A stretch of 64,000 nt of DNA from Chrysomallon squamiferum (lineage: Eukaryota > Animalia > Mollusca): positions 8,990,001 through 9,054,000 of the forward strand of contig CM022675.1 of NCBI GenBank assembly GCA_012295275.1, read 5' to 3'. Of this stretch, positions 1 through 55,724 are shown in pieces. The translations under genes and the position numbers were made by a program. How positions within the stretch are numbered: the stretch's first letter is position 1; each line of letters starts with the position of its first letter. The notes under the pieces were generated by a model, which saw only the letters and a program-made list of their open reading frames with translations, did not search any database and was not told the DNA's origin.

Positions 1-807
1 AAATATTATGGGAGAGGGTGTGTGCACAATAATGAAATTAAGTTACCCAAGTGAGTGAGATTCTAACAAGGACGGTAACTCTGTTTTTGTTTACTGTCTT
101 CAACCTTGTGCATAAGAAGAGGCATTTATCCCAAAACATTTATAAATCAAGTGAAAGAATTTTGAACAGTTATTATTTAAAAAAAAAAAAATAAAATAAA
201 TAAATAAATAAATAATGCTTAAAACATTTGACAATAATCCTGAGATTTGTAAGGTTCAGTGAATTATTTTTTTTAAAAATTAAATAAAAATAAAAACTGC
301 AGCCTTCCCCTAATCATTTTCCATGGCCCAACCCATAATCACATTTACATGAATAAAAAAACTCCATATAAAATTGCATAAAAAGACTTTAAAGAAAATT
401 TCATAATAATTATGTCATATAACGTTTAGTCAATTGTGAAAATGAATCCTTTTGAACAGGAATCATTGTAACAGATTACATTAAAATCAATGATGATAAT
501 AAAAGTAAATATCATTACAATACGGCCCTTTAAAAATGTCTCCTTGACAACCAACATGGCTGCTTTTGGGTGTTAAAAATAGTATCTGGGTACAGGCCTG
601 TCACGTTTTGTCTGTTATGAGACACTGAACGAAATCGACAATCCTTTATCAGAAATCAAAAAATGTTTTTAAAAAAACATCTTTTTTTAAATTTTTTAAA
701 ATTTTATAAATGCATCACTAGTATAATTCTTTACAGTACATTTTCTTACTTCTCTATGTATCAGGTGAATAATTATTTTTTTTGTGTTGTTTTTTCTTTT
801 TCTTTTT

Positions 808-848
<41 letters not shown>

Positions 849-852
849 TATT

Positions 853-891
<39 letters not shown>

Positions 892-2121
892 TTATTTATT
901 TATTTATTTATTTATTATTATTTTTTTTTTTTATTCATTTATTTATTTATTTTTTATTTTTATTTTTTATTTTTTTGTTCTTTTTAAAACAAATCTTCTG
1001 GATCATTTTACCTCCAGTTATTGAAGATTTCGATAAGGGACAGTCAACCAGTATACACTGTTTTAACACAGATTCTAACAAACAAGTTATAGTAATACAC
1101 ATAATTATGTTAAATATTGCACAAAAGTTCAATGTATTAATGGTAATCAACAATGTCATAATAATATTATTACATACTAAGTTTGAAAAAAAAAAATGAA
1201 CACTTATTTTTAATCTAAATGTTTAAAAATTGTCATAAATATCAAAGAAAAGACATTTGGGCACTTAATAGCAGATACATTTACTGATACTTTCCTAATA
1301 ATAAAGTTTATGTTCTTAAATAAAGGACAAAAAGCACCATATTGGAAAAAACATTTTAAAAAAGAGAAAGAGTACAGGTTCCTTACTACTTGCATTATAG
1401 CTAACAATAGTATTCACAGGTAAAAAAGACAGGTAAATATTTCACCTGTAAAAACTATTAATACAGGTATACATCAAAGGCAATTCTAATTATTTTAATT
1501 ACTCATGTAATTTTATGGGGGAGGGAATGAAGATGATAAATAAATCAATAAAAGAAATAAATAAAAATTTGAAAAAGAAATAAATGTATAAAATAAAAAA
1601 TAAATAAATAAATAAATAAATAAAATTATCATACATTCTGTCCAGATAAATAACATGTTGACCAAAACAAACATTTGTTTGCAAACACAACCAAACATGT
1701 TTGCTGTAAATGTTTGATTGTCTTTGACCATTTTAGATATTGTTATCCAAGTATCAGTCACATGATCTCAAACTCGATTCTGACTGGTCAGTTCTTGACA
1801 GAAGCATAACATGACCAAATACAAGTTTTATGAGCTTTCATATCACCAAGCGTTTGTTTGCAAATGTAAGTTTGAATCTGTACACTAACGTCATTTTTTT
1901 AAAAATCATCAAAAATATTTTTCAATACGAAACAGAGTGCTGTGTCGAACAAGTGAATCGGATAACAACAGAAAACAATTTAATTTGAGCAGTTAAAAAC
2001 AACAAAATAATAATAATAATAATAATAGCAATAATAATATTAGTAATAATAATAATAATAATTAATATAATGATTTAATAACAATAACAACAGTAGTAAT
2101 AATAGTAACAAATAATGAAAA

Positions 2122-2179
<58 letters not shown>

Positions 2180-3171
2180 GTTTGATTTTCAATCTTTTTA
2201 AACTACCATAACTGAAAATTCAGAAACCATTACTGACTGTATTTTTCTACTCCACTATTTGTGTATTTTCAAACATAACTCAATCTGTTATTTTAATTAA
2301 GGCAGTGGACATTTTAAAAACATTATCTTTCAAAACTTTAGTATTATTAGTGAATTTAAATTGTATGTTTCGTGTAAAACAAAACATTCAGAACATAATT
2401 CTTAAAAGACATCACAAACTCAAATTACACAAGAATTGAAAATGGCTAAAAGGATATCTGAGAAATGAGTACAGAGTTTATATGTTATATGATGATAAAT
2501 AGGATAAAAAATACACTTAATGATAACTGATATACAAAATATATCAACAGTAAAATTATTATAATAATAAAAAGATAATAATAAATTAAATTAAATAAAC
2601 AAGAATTCAAAAATAAAATAAAATTGAAATTAAGAAAAGATTATGCAGCAATTTAAAAATAAAGTATTATTATTATTTTTTTTTAAATCTTTTTTCTGGA
2701 GAATTAAATAATTTCAGAAAATGCACAATCAGGAATGAGAAAAGCTTTTCTGACTTCCATATTTCTTTTTATTCTCTCTCAAATAATGTTCTTTCAAGTA
2801 TTTGAATTATCTCCCCATTTTTTTTTTTTTTTTTTTTTTTTTTATTTTTTTTTTTTTTTGTGGGGGGAGTGTGATTTGCTCATGCTGAATTTTAAAAAAT
2901 GTTAATTTTATTTTTTGAAAAAGCTCAACAGTCAGTGAAGGCATTTTTGATTGTCTTCCCTTGGAAGTGCACTACGACTGCATCCTGAGGTAACTTCACC
3001 ACACAACAGCACCGCCATTTTTTAAAATTTACCTTACTTCGTAAACTGATCAACAGTTTACAACTGGTAAGAACTGCATAAATTACCTCCCTTTGGTGCC
3101 ATTTTTTTTCTTTTTCAATATTGCACATTGAGTTTTTTTTCTAACCAAACCGAATGTATTATTTAGCATTT

Positions 3172-3202
<31 letters not shown>

Positions 3203-5182
3203 TTTTCAAAACTGATCAACAGCTTTTAATATGAGAACAGGCATTTAATGCCCAAAATGAATATTTTGTTTGGCTTTAAATTAATAAAAATCTGCATAAA
3301 GTTACTTCCCTTTGATGCTTGCTTTTGTATTCCTTTGTAAATCATTCCAAAGTAAGTGTAGGCACCAACAGTTTTTTATTTATTTCTTTTTTATTATTAT
3401 TTTTTTATGCTGCATTTAACCCTGTGATTAACATGATGTTTTTAATGATAGCTGCACATTTGTAGAATGTGATTTAAAATTTAATTTTGATTTTTGTTAT
3501 CTGATATTACAACTTACTATTTCACAGTTGAAAGGTCTATACAGTTCATCTTTTGATTCTTGTACATAGACTGACTGAGTCAAAAAAAAAAAAAAAAAAA
3601 AAAAAAAAAGAAAAAGAAGATAATAAGTTATAATAATAATATTTATCCTCAAGACAAGATTGGGGAATGCTTTTGATAATTAGGAGGAAATACCAACAGA
3701 TATTTTGTTTTAATTTTTCTTACAGCAATTTTGGCTAACTGATTAAAATGTTCCGTCATTGTTGGCTAAATATTTGAATGCTCTGTCATTTTTGGCTTAA
3801 TGTTCAATGCACTAGTATAATTTTTAGCCAGATATTCTAATTTTGGGCCAAAAAGTTAAAAGCTTTGATGTTAATTTTGTTCTTATCTGACATTTTTTGG
3901 ATTAAAAAAAAACATCCATACTGTTTTTTTTTTTTTTTTTCTTTTGTCTTTTTCTTTTCTTTCACTTCAATAACATTCTTTTCTTTTTTTTCATCTGTAC
4001 AATTTCTTTTACTTTTTTAACATTTCTGTTTTTGGATACACTGTTGCTAAGAAACAAGTTGCAGTGTTCAACCAATCAACAACTCCCAGTCTTTTACCCA
4101 TTCAGTTTTCACAGTCTTTTAGCAAATCAGCTTTCAGCATCATTCAGCCAATCAGATTAGTCTTGTTCAGCCAATCCACTTACAGCATCATATAACCAAT
4201 CAGATGTTTTCTTTCTAATTTTTAATACATTAAGTTCAAATCATATTTACATTGTTAATATTTCTTGCCATTTTCAGCCGTATATCACAATCCACATACA
4301 GAACTCTTTTCTAGATAGTAATATTTCTTCCACTTCCTCTTTCCCAGCCAATCAGCATACAGTGAAAATAAATACTATTTTCCAGACAGTTATTATAATG
4401 AGCACATAAATAAAATTATTATGCAATTTGATATGGACTAGTAGAGAATTTTTTCAACTGGCCGTTAAACCATTGAGCATTTTCAAATTTTTATTAAACT
4501 TTTTATTTTTTGGCCCAATCTAAATAATTTCTGCAGAATTATTTGATAAACATTTTTATCATTTTTTTTTTTGGAAATGAAGAATTCATGGACATTTTGA
4601 AGGTACTTAAGTTGATAACAACAAACTTTATGCCAAAATTGCACAGATATGTTTTTCAATAATAGAAATACTTTCTGTGATGACACAAGTATTTTCTTCT
4701 TTTTCCTCCGAAAGAAAACTTCAGAAGTTATTATCATCATTTTAAACTTCACAATATACAGATAGATTTCATAATGTTTTGATAAAATGGATTTCAGTGA
4801 TCACTGACATCTTTTGGAGTTCTGAAGACATTTTTTTCACTAGTTGAAATTTGACTGATCGCTTGAATTTCATTGGTTAACAACTCTTTTTGAAGTAGTA
4901 CATAAATTAATTTCATTAGTAAAAATTATCCTGAATTTGTCTGTATGAAATTTATTGGTTAAAATTCTCCTCAAGTTCATTCAAAACGAATTTCACTGTT
5001 TAAATTCTCTTGGATTTCTGTAAGAATAAATTTCATTGGTTAAACTGTTTTTAATTTCTACCAGAACGAATTTCATTGGTTGAATACCTGTCAGAATGAA
5101 TTTCATTGGTCTATGAGACATCGTGGCAATTTTTGATTGATCAGTTTATAAATGACTTTCATAAGCTGCAGTGAAGAATAAC

Positions 5183-5818
<636 letters not shown>

Positions 5819-5837
5819 CAAGTAAAAGTAACTGTTG

Positions 5838-45014
<39,177 letters not shown>

Positions 45015-45785
45015 GCAGCGACGTCACAGCAGCAGCAGAAAGCACTTCAGCAGCAACACCGGCCGCTGCCCCTCGTCGATAATCTCGACGTTATTAAAGA
45101 GACGATGGCAAAGATTAACTCGATGATCTCGAATTCTCCTTGACGACGGAGCAAGCTTCTCCAGATTTTAATCAAGATATTGCGGAGCTAAAGCCTGGCT
45201 ACTCAGAGGTTTCCGACCAATTCCATCTCCACAGGATGATGACGACGACGACGGCGACGACGACTTAGTCCTCTCGATGCCGTTGTCGTAGCTGCTGATG
45301 AACTCCCGTGAAGGAGAGAGAAGAAGAAGAAAAAAATCCAAACACAAAACTTTTAAGTCGATTTATGATGAAACGTGACCACAATGGAATCCAGTTAAAA
45401 GTAGAAAAAAAAGAAAAAAAAATGATCTGAAGAAGAAGAATTCTGAATTGTCATCTGTCAGTTATACACAATGTAGCCGATGTTTGAGACTGCCACATCG
45501 TTCGTTCCACATGTAAAACTGGTTCCAGCAAACAAACAAACAAAGAAACAAGCTGGTATTGACAACAAAAATTTTTTTTTTTTTTTTTTTTCAAAAATCC
45601 GAAGATAAGATGAGGAAGAGGCCTGTGGAGGGATGTGGACAGTGGGGGGGGGTGAGCGACTGTGGGGGGGGGGGGGTTATTTAAACGGCAATTAACGTGT
45701 CTGTAGGTTCCAGCTTCGTTCAGTCGGGGTCAGAAATTCCGAGAACAGTTTCGCGTTGTTTTGTATCCATTTGGGTCCTCGACTT
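45015..45785 (-). other. Putative 5'UTR part of the start-codon exon (CpG-rich, with short uORFs)
   Basis: Complex GC/CpG-rich sequence bounded by tttccattttgcag acceptor at 45786-45787, implying an upstream non-coding exon. Confidence 0.55.
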
Positions 45786-45864
45786 CTGCAAAATGGAAAC
45801 AGAAGCATTTTTAATTAACAAAACAAAACGAACGACTTAGCAAAACAAAGAGTTAGCTTTGTTA

Positions 45865-46300
45865 ATGTGAAGGTATGTTGATGAGCAAAGGTTATGCTAA
45901 TTTAATAAAGTTATGTTGACTGGCAAAAGTATGATATTAATAAAGGTATGTTTATATAATAAAGGTATGACAATTAGTGAAGGTATGTTAATTAATAAAG
46001 GTAGTTAATTGGTAAAAGGCATGATATTAATAAAGGTATGTTAATTAATAAAGGTATGACAATTAGTAAAGGTATGTTAATTAATAAATATATGTTAATT
46101 GGTAAAAGTTGATATTAATAAAGGTACGTTAATTAATAAAGGTATGACAATTAGTAAAGGTATGCTAATTAATAAAGGTATGACAATTAGTAAAGGTATG
46201 TTAATTAATAAAGATATGTTAATTGGTAAAAGGCATGACATTAATAAAGATGTGTTTATTAATGAAAGTATGTTAATTAATAAAGATATTTTAATTGACA
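45865..46300. repeat. Degenerate ~18/36-bp repeat (aaggtatgttaattaata / aaggtatgacaattagta)
   Basis: Recurrent aaaggtatg; explains the LINK-repeat ORF. Confidence 0.85.
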
Positions 46301-46489
46301 AAAAAATTCAAATATATTTATTACATATGAAAAGAATGAAATATTTATGAAGTGCTTTAAATAAGTTAATAATAATAACCAGAATTAATAAGTAATAACA
46401 GAAAAATACCGTTATAAAAAAACCAAATCAAAATATTTAAATCCAAAATATAAACAAAATACAGATAAGTTTATGTATAAACAATAATA

Positions 46490-46523
<34 letters not shown>

Positions 46524-47253
46524 ATAAAATATAAAAAATAATAAAATAAAAATAATAAAATAAAGTAAAATAAAATATAAAAAATAATAAAATAAAAATA
46601 ATAAAATAAAGTAAAAAAAAAAAAAAATATATTTTATTAAATAATAATAAAAAAAAATAATAATAAATCCATATATGAAATTATGAACAATATGTAACAA
46701 GTTTTTGTGAGTAAGTAAATAAATAAATAAATAAATATGTTCGTACATACATCTGTATGTATGAGTGTGTCTCTCTCTGTGTACATATGTATGTGTGGGT
46801 GTCTGTGTGTGTGAACATATGTACACAGGTATGTCCCTACATCTATATACACACAGATGAACATGTGTACATACACACAAACAAATACTTTTTACAAACC
46901 AACGGCTAAATGAAACTATAAGCAGCAAATCAGTCTATACAAGAAAACCATTTACCTGTATTAAATATAATCAATATTCCCAGTTTCCTGTGGAATATCT
47001 TTTTTTTCTTTTTTTCTTTTTTGTTGTTTGTTTCTGTCTAGTGAGTAAACAGACACTTACTTGTGTGTCAAACCCAATCAATAACAGATGCTATTTCTCA
47101 ACAAAATCATCCCTCCCTCATTAATCAAAACAGATGAATACAAATGAAAGGAAGAGATTCAGTACAAATGTGTTTATTCCAACGTTGTCAGATATCAAAA
47201 TTATTGCACGGCGGTTCAGCTCTGAACAATAATGGTTCAGTCCAAGTGTAGAT

Positions 47254-47286
<33 letters not shown>

Positions 47287-47656
47287 AATGTTGGTGTAAA
47301 AAAAAAAAAAATTAAGTATTTTTACTGTTGATGGGTAGGGTCTGGTTTGTCAGAATGTAAAAAAAAAAATAAAAAATAAAAATAAAATAATGCAGATTTA
47401 TAATGCAGTGTTTTCTGTTACAAATTTATGATGTGTTTTGTTTTTGATATATCGAATACTAGACATTCTACTTAAAAAGACCCTTGTAAGTTACAGAATG
47501 TTTGCTAGTTTTGTATTAGTACTAGCAGTAGTGAATGAAGGTTTGCACATAACATAGAACTTTTTGTTTGTCATTAAAATCCATTAAAATTAAACCATCT
47601 ATAAATTCATAGGTATTTTCCTGCAGAAATTTATATTTGTATTTATTTAACTAATT

Positions 47657-48092
47657 ATCAACCATTCATACAACCAAGCATCAACCATTCATAATCTAAG
47701 CAACCAAGCATCAACCACTGATACAACCAAGCATCAACCAGTGATACAACCAAGTATCAACTACTGATACAACCAAACATCAACCATTCATAATCTAAGC
47801 AACCAAGCATCAACTACTGATACAACCAAGCATCAACTACTGATACAACCAACCATCAACTACTGATACAACCAAACATCAACTACTGATACAACCAAAC
47901 ATCAACCATTCATAATCTAAGCAACCAAGCATCAACTATTGATACAACCAAGTATCAACCAATGATACAACCAAACATCAACCATTCATAATCTAAGCAA
48001 CTAAGCATCAACTATTGATACAACCAAGTATCAACCATCTGATACAACCACTGATACAACCAAGTATCAACCATTCATAATCTAAGCAGCCA
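47657..48092. repeat. Minisatellite with two alternating unit types (tcaactactgatacaaccaagca; tcaaccattcataatctaagcaaccaagca)
   Basis: Direct periodicity with higher-order alternation. Confidence 0.88.
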
Positions 48093-48319
48093 ACACCCAT
48101 CTTCCAATTACCTAGCAATTACAGTCCAGCCTGCATCACTCATACCCATCATTCTCCTGTCTTTCAACTGTCTTTATTCATCACTCTACCTGTCCATTCA
48201 TCCATCCATCAATCAGTCATTCAGTCCGTCCATCTGTAATGTCCAACAACTGTAACAGATAAACCATGAATTGAGCTCAAAATTTTCTGACCAAAACAAA
48301 ATGTAAAGAATGATTAAAA

Positions 48320-48361
<42 letters not shown>

Positions 48362-50607
48362 ATAAATAAAAATAAAATATAGATTTTTGACAGATAAAAT
48401 CCAAATGTTATCTTTGTTTTTTTCTAGTGATAAAATGTCTCTAGGACAAAATATTGATGCTGGAGATTCATTAGAATATGCTGAGGATAGTATAGGTAGT
48501 AATTACTGTTACAAACTTTATGTATACTTAAAGAATGGACATCTGAATAGATGTTTTTTTTTTTTTTTTTGGCTATTATTTCTTAGAACTGTTATATTTC
48601 AAAGTTTTATCATCTAGTTTGTAGTAGTAGTAGTACTGCTTTTAGTAACAGTAGTAATAGTAATAGATGTAGTAGAAATGGAATAATTAGTTCTAGTAAT
48701 AGTAGTAATAGTAATGTTAATAGTCGTAGCAGCAGTAGTAGTGATAGTAGCAGCTGTAATAGGAGCAATAGTAGTAGAAGTAGTAGTAGTAATAGTAGTG
48801 GTGGTGGTAGTAGTAGCAGTAGTTGTTGTAGTAATAGTAACTGAGGTAGTGATGGAAATTACAGTAGCATTAGTAAAAAAAATAATAGTAGAAGTAGTAA
48901 AAGAAATGATAGTAAAAGTCATAGTGGAAATTGCAATTGTACTAGCAATAGTGGTAGTGATTCAGCTCTGTTTTATGTGACTTTCAGTAATGATTAGTAG
49001 TAGTAGCAGCAGTGTCAACATTTAGTAATGATGAAAGTAGTAGTAGTAGTAGCAGTGGTAGCAGTAGCATGAACAGTATTTAATAGTAGTAGTAGTAGTA
49101 GTAGTAAGATTCTATAGTAGTAGTAGTAGTAGTAGTAGAAGGAATAGTAGTGGTACTATTTCACCTGTGATGTTGGTGTAGCTGTAGGAGCAAATTCTAC
49201 TCAAAACCACAACATCCAGTGAAGTAATTTACTTGTGAACAACATAACCTAACCTTACACCATTATATATATATACACACACACAAACAAAACTCTGACA
49301 ACAGTAAAAAAAAATGTTAGTCTTTATCATTCATGTGAATCAAAGGTTGACCAGTTTATACAGCAACAGAACTTCAACCCTGTCCACATTATCTGGATAC
49401 ATTATAAAAAATCCTAATAGATTCTTTCCTCAATGCACCAGCAGTTTGTATGAAAACCTACTCAACCAGGATATAACAAAACTTGTATGCTCGGTGTACA
49501 AGTGGATTTGGAAAAACTCGTAGTTAACAGACTGCTAGGTCAGAGATAAAATAAATCGCATAAAACGTCATCACTGAAACATCATCGTCAACACTGCAGA
49601 CAACACTGGATTACACTCGACTTATAAGGCTGAGGAAAGTAATTGCTGAAAATGACATCATCTGCGCTGTAGACAACAGCTTATGGCTTATTGTAATGTC
49701 GTCTTAAACGTGACAGAAGTTAGTGGATTTCTTCTGTGTTTAACTCAAATAAAAAAAATAATAATTACTGATTTATTACTGATACAGTAAACAAAGGATT
49801 TGAACAGTTTGAGAGTTATATACTGCAAAAACTTAATTGTAGAAAAATCATTGTCAGTGATATTAAATAGTAAACTAATATAAGTTAGCCATTGCAACAT
49901 CATCATCAACAGTGTAGACAATGGCAGATATCTTCAAAACTCAGATAAATAATCACTAAAACACCATCATCATCATCAACAACAACATCACAGACTTCTT
50001 CAGTCTGCAACCAAAGATCAAATCACTAAAAAAAAAAAAAAAAAAAACCCAACATCATCAACAACAACAACAACAACAACAAAACCAGAAATAATAACTA
50101 AACCACCACCACCACCATCATCATCATCACCAACACTGGAAGATTCCATCAACACATGAATCATACACTACAAACAAACAGCAACAACAACAACAACATC
50201 ATCAACAACAACAACAACAACATCTCAGAAACAACGTGATCACTGATACATCATCGTCGTGGACAACATCCTTGGCTGCAAGCTGATGATAATCTTTGGG
50301 TTTAATTACACTTTCCAGCTGCAGAGAATGAATGCTTTCTTTCTTTCTTTCTTTTCTTTCTTTCTTTCTTTCTTTCGTTCGCAGGAATGCCGTCCAAGTG
50401 TAACTGTGCTGTCTGCGAGTGACACGAGGATGCCATGCTAAGCAGTCTGCCCTGAAACTCCGGGCTAAAACCAATCAGAGAAGGGTTTTTACGACGAGAG
50501 ACACAGGCAAGATGAACCATGTTGACACACGAGAATGTGGCTGATCAATCCAGATAGCGATGCATCGAAACTAATTTAGATACTGATTATATGTGTGTGT
50601 GTGTCTC

Positions 50608-50640
<33 letters not shown>

Positions 50641-50659
50641 ATATATATATGTATGTATG

Positions 50660-50697
<38 letters not shown>

Positions 50698-50768
50698 GTT
50701 GTGTATGTATATATATATGTGTATGTATATATATGTTTGTGTGTGTGTGTGTACATATATATGTATGT

Positions 50769-50810
<42 letters not shown>

Positions 50811-50918
50811 AGTATGTGTGTTTATGTATATATATATATATATATATGTGTATGTGTATATATATATATATGTATGTATGTATGTGTATATATTATATAT
50901 ATAAATACATATATATAT

Positions 50919-50959
<41 letters not shown>

Positions 50960-51557
50960 ACACCTAACATATATTTTTTTTTTTATCATACAAATTTTTT
51001 ATTATTTTTATTTGTTCATATCTTTTATTTTATTATCAATATATATATATATATATGTACACACACACTAACATTTAACATAAACATATTTTATGTATAT
51101 TTGTTTTTCCATTTTTATCATGTGTTTCTTCTCTCTTTCTTAAACTAAATATCTTTCTATTAGTATTATTATCATCATCATCAGTTATTATCATTATTAT
51201 CATTATTACAATTATTATTATTATCATTATTATTATTATTATTATCATTATTAATATCTTCATTAACATTTTTACTATTACTATTATTATTATTATTATT
51301 ATTTTAATTTTAATTTCAAAAAAAGTTCCCATGTGGATCACCAACCATTCTTAATCACCCAAGTCCCATCTGAAAGTGTTTTGAGAATGAAATTTCCATA
51401 TCATCATCGGCGCACATGATGAAAGAGATCAATCACGAGAGAACTGCTCAGACTTGAGCTGTGATCCATATCACACTCCGAATCCTGGAACAGAGCTGTT
51501 CAGATGATTGAACAACGGACATTTTTCATCTCCGAATGTTAGCAAGCATCATACGAG

Positions 51558-51999
<442 letters not shown>

Positions 52000-52969
52000 A
52001 GACAGTTTAGAAAGATGAAAAAGAAAATTAAAAAAGAATGAAAAGAAAAGGAAAGAAGGAATGAATGGAGAAATGAAAGGAATAAAAATAAAATAAAATA
52101 CTGAAAGAAAAAATAAAAAGAAAAGAAACAAAATGAAAGAAGGAATGAAAAGAAAAGAAACAAAACGAAAGAAAGAAATAAAAAGAGAAATAACTGAAAG
52201 GAATAAAAGGAAGAAAAACGAATAAAAAGATGAATAAAAATGAAAATAATAATAATAATAAAAAAAATTAATCTTATAATCAGACAGATTTATACAAGAT
52301 AAAAACAGAAACTGTTTTGCCCCAAAAAATTTAAAAAAAGAAAGAAAAAAGAATTACAAAAATGTACTTTATAAAATTCTTTCAAAAGTGCAAGAGACAA
52401 ACTATTGCTTTCATCCAGTATTTTATTTTTCTGTTTTATTGGTTTACACATGAACATGTCATAACTAAAAGATAGATATGCACTTGATACCTTGATATAT
52501 AGATATTTTTTTTTTTTTTTACTTTTCACCAAAATCATTAAAAAAAAATTTCAAAGATTTGTAGGTTCATGTGAATGCCATGTTTTTTTATTACTTTTTC
52601 CCCATCAATTTTTTTCATTTTGGTAAATCTTGTGTAGAATATGAATAATAGAAAAATTAATCAAAAATGTTTATTGAAATATTTTTCTGTAACCACTGAA
52701 CTTGAGTAGTGATTGTCTCAATATATAATCCACAAATTAATAAAAAAAAAATAAATAAAAGTAGCCTAATATTTTCTTCTTTTTTTTTTTTTTTTTTTTA
52801 TTATTGTTATTTTTCTAATATAGAAAATTACTCTGAAACAGTCATTGAAATATTTTTCAATATAACATAGAAACCATTGTTCATTGAAACAGTATTTTTG
52901 AATAATCTTATTTGTAAAGAAAAGTGTTCAATATTTGCAAAAAAAATTAAAAAATAAAAAATATTTTAA

Positions 52970-53590
52970 GTATCAACTATTAATGATAATTATGTCGTAT
53001 CAACTTTTAATAATTATAAATATTTATTGTGTCAACTATTAATAATTATTACACATAATTACTAGGTAACAAATTTCAGTAGTTTTAATTAATTATGTAC
53101 CACATATTAATAATTATAGATAATAATTATTTATGTATCAACTGTTAATAATTATGTATTATCAACTATTAATAATTACAGATAATTACTATGTATGAAC
53201 TATTAATAATTTCTTACAGACAATTACTATGTATCAATTATTTCTAATTATATACAAATATTAATAATTAATTCTAAATAATTACTATGTATTACTTGTT
53301 ACTAATTCCTTACATAAAACAATGTAACAACTATTAATATAAAAGACTATTAAAACAATTCTATTACACACACAAACAATTACTATGTATTACTTATTAC
53401 TAATTCCTTACAGAAATCAATTTAACAACAATTAATACATCGTTATAAAAGATTATTAAAACAAATCTTTCACACAAACAAACAATTACTATGTACTACT
53501 TATTACTAAATTCCTCACAGAAATCAGTGTAACAATGTACCAACTATTAATACTTCGTTATAAAACACTATTAAAACAAATCTATTATGA
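52970..53590. repeat. Degenerate AT-rich repeat grading into three ~105-bp units
   Basis: aattactatgta...ttactaattcc at ~53280, ~53378 and ~53484. Confidence 0.75.
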
Positions 53591-53620
53591 ACAACTGACC
53601 AAAATGGTGGCCATTTCTCT

Positions 53621-53665
<45 letters not shown>

Positions 53666-53959
53666 CCTGGCTTTATGATAATAATACCTTGCCATTTACA
53701 CATCTTCTAATTGCTCTGGCATCTGTCCAAATGATGATTCCGTGAATAACAGAGTGGAAGTCCAGCTCGGCTGGTGACAGCGTTAGTGTAAATGACATTT
53801 AAAACTGATCAACAGACCAACAGACATAATCTGACACAGACTGACTGGGTGAACAGGCCTTGCTGCGAACAGTGTGCATGTTTGTGTGTATGTGTGTTTG
53901 TGTGTGTGTTTGTGTGTGTGTGTTTGTGTGTGTGTGTGTATGTGTGTGTGTGTGTGTGT

Positions 53960-53995
<36 letters not shown>

Positions 53996-54046
53996 ATAAA
54001 TATATATATGTTTGTGTGTGTTTGTGTGTGTATGTATGTGTATATA

Positions 54047-54077
<31 letters not shown>

Positions 54078-54225
54078 GTGTGTGTGTGTTTGTGTGTGGG
54101 GGGTGTATGTGTATGTGTATAAATATATGTGTGTGCGTGTTTATTTATGTGTATGTGTGTGTGTAAATATGTGTGTTTGTGTGTGTATATGTGTGTATGT
54201 GTGTGTATAAATATGTGTGTACGTG

Positions 54226-54257
<32 letters not shown>

Positions 54258-55684
54258 TATGTTTATGTGTGTGAATGTGTTTGTATGTGTGCATTTATAT
54301 TTATATATATGTATACATGTATATATGTATATATTTATATATGTGTGTGTGTGTATATATATATATGTATATGTGTGTGTGTATATATATATATATATAT
54401 GTATATGTGTATAAGTGTGTGTTTGTATGTATATGTGTGCATTTATATTTATCTGTGTGTATGTATGTGTGTATGTGTGTATATATATATATATATGTAT
54501 CTGTGTATATATATATATATATACACACACACACTCACTCACATATATACATATACAAACACATACACATGCACACAAACAGACAAAATTATTATAAACA
54601 GAAATGGTTTATTAATATATATATATATGCAGATTCATAAAATAAAAATAAAAAAAGAGACACCATGATGCACAAGTGTGTTCATATCAAGGAGAATGCA
54701 TCTCATGAATTCATGAATAAGTAAGCAAATTTAGTTCAAGGTTATTCATGAAATGATTGATGCAGTGAAATTTCTTGTCTGCTCGTTTTTTTGTTCAGAT
54801 TTCTGTGGTTTTGTTCTTTTTTTATTAAAACATTCTTTTTTTTTTTTCCATTAATTTTAAAACCTGTTGTTTGAGTCCTTTTTTTTTTTTTTTCTTTTTT
54901 TTTTTTTTTTCTATATTTATTCCTGCAGATAAATAAAGAAACACCTTTGATTTTAAATAGTAAAATCTTTACAATATAATTATGTTTTTTCCCATTCCAA
55001 AAAAAAATCAATGGTTTACATATGGAATATGATTTTTTTGTTTTTTGTTGTTGTTTATTTGTTACGAATACAACTAAAAATGTTTTCTGTAATGATGCAA
55101 AAAAAAATATTTTTACATACATAAATCTTTATAATAAAATATTAGGACATTTAATTCCATTCAAGCTTTGTTTTTGTTTGTCTGTGTGTGTGTCTATGTA
55201 TATGTATGAATATGTGTGTCATGTGTATGTACATAAATATGTTTGTATGTTAATGAGTTTGTTTGTGTATGTACCTACGCATGTATATCTTATAAAATGC
55301 TAAAAATAATTAAACTTTGTTGACACAAACTAACTTTCATGATATGTAAAAAATACAATATGATAATATTTATTTCAAGTCTGTGATATCCAGATGCTAG
55401 AAATAAAGTCAGCCATTAAATTTAATTTCCAGACAAGATTTGATATCATAAAGTCCAGAACAACACAAAATTTATCTACAGTGGTACAAAACAAGTATCA
55501 CCTGTACCAGTTCACACACATGAATGAAGTAATTAATATTTTGTTTAATACTGCACTTTAAAACATTTATTATTCTACAGTTATACACACACAGACACAC
55601 ACACACACATATATATATACAAAGATACATACATACATACATACATATAAACATGCATTCATACATACTTTCATACATACATAC

Positions 55685-55724
<40 letters not shown>

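Noticed and set aside
663-1199. 178-aa Phe-rich membrane-protein-like ORF
   Set aside because: Derived from poly-T and (TTTA)n tracts.
48614-48980. Thr-rich and Val-rich ORFs
   Set aside because: Degenerate (TAG/GTA)n triplet repeat.
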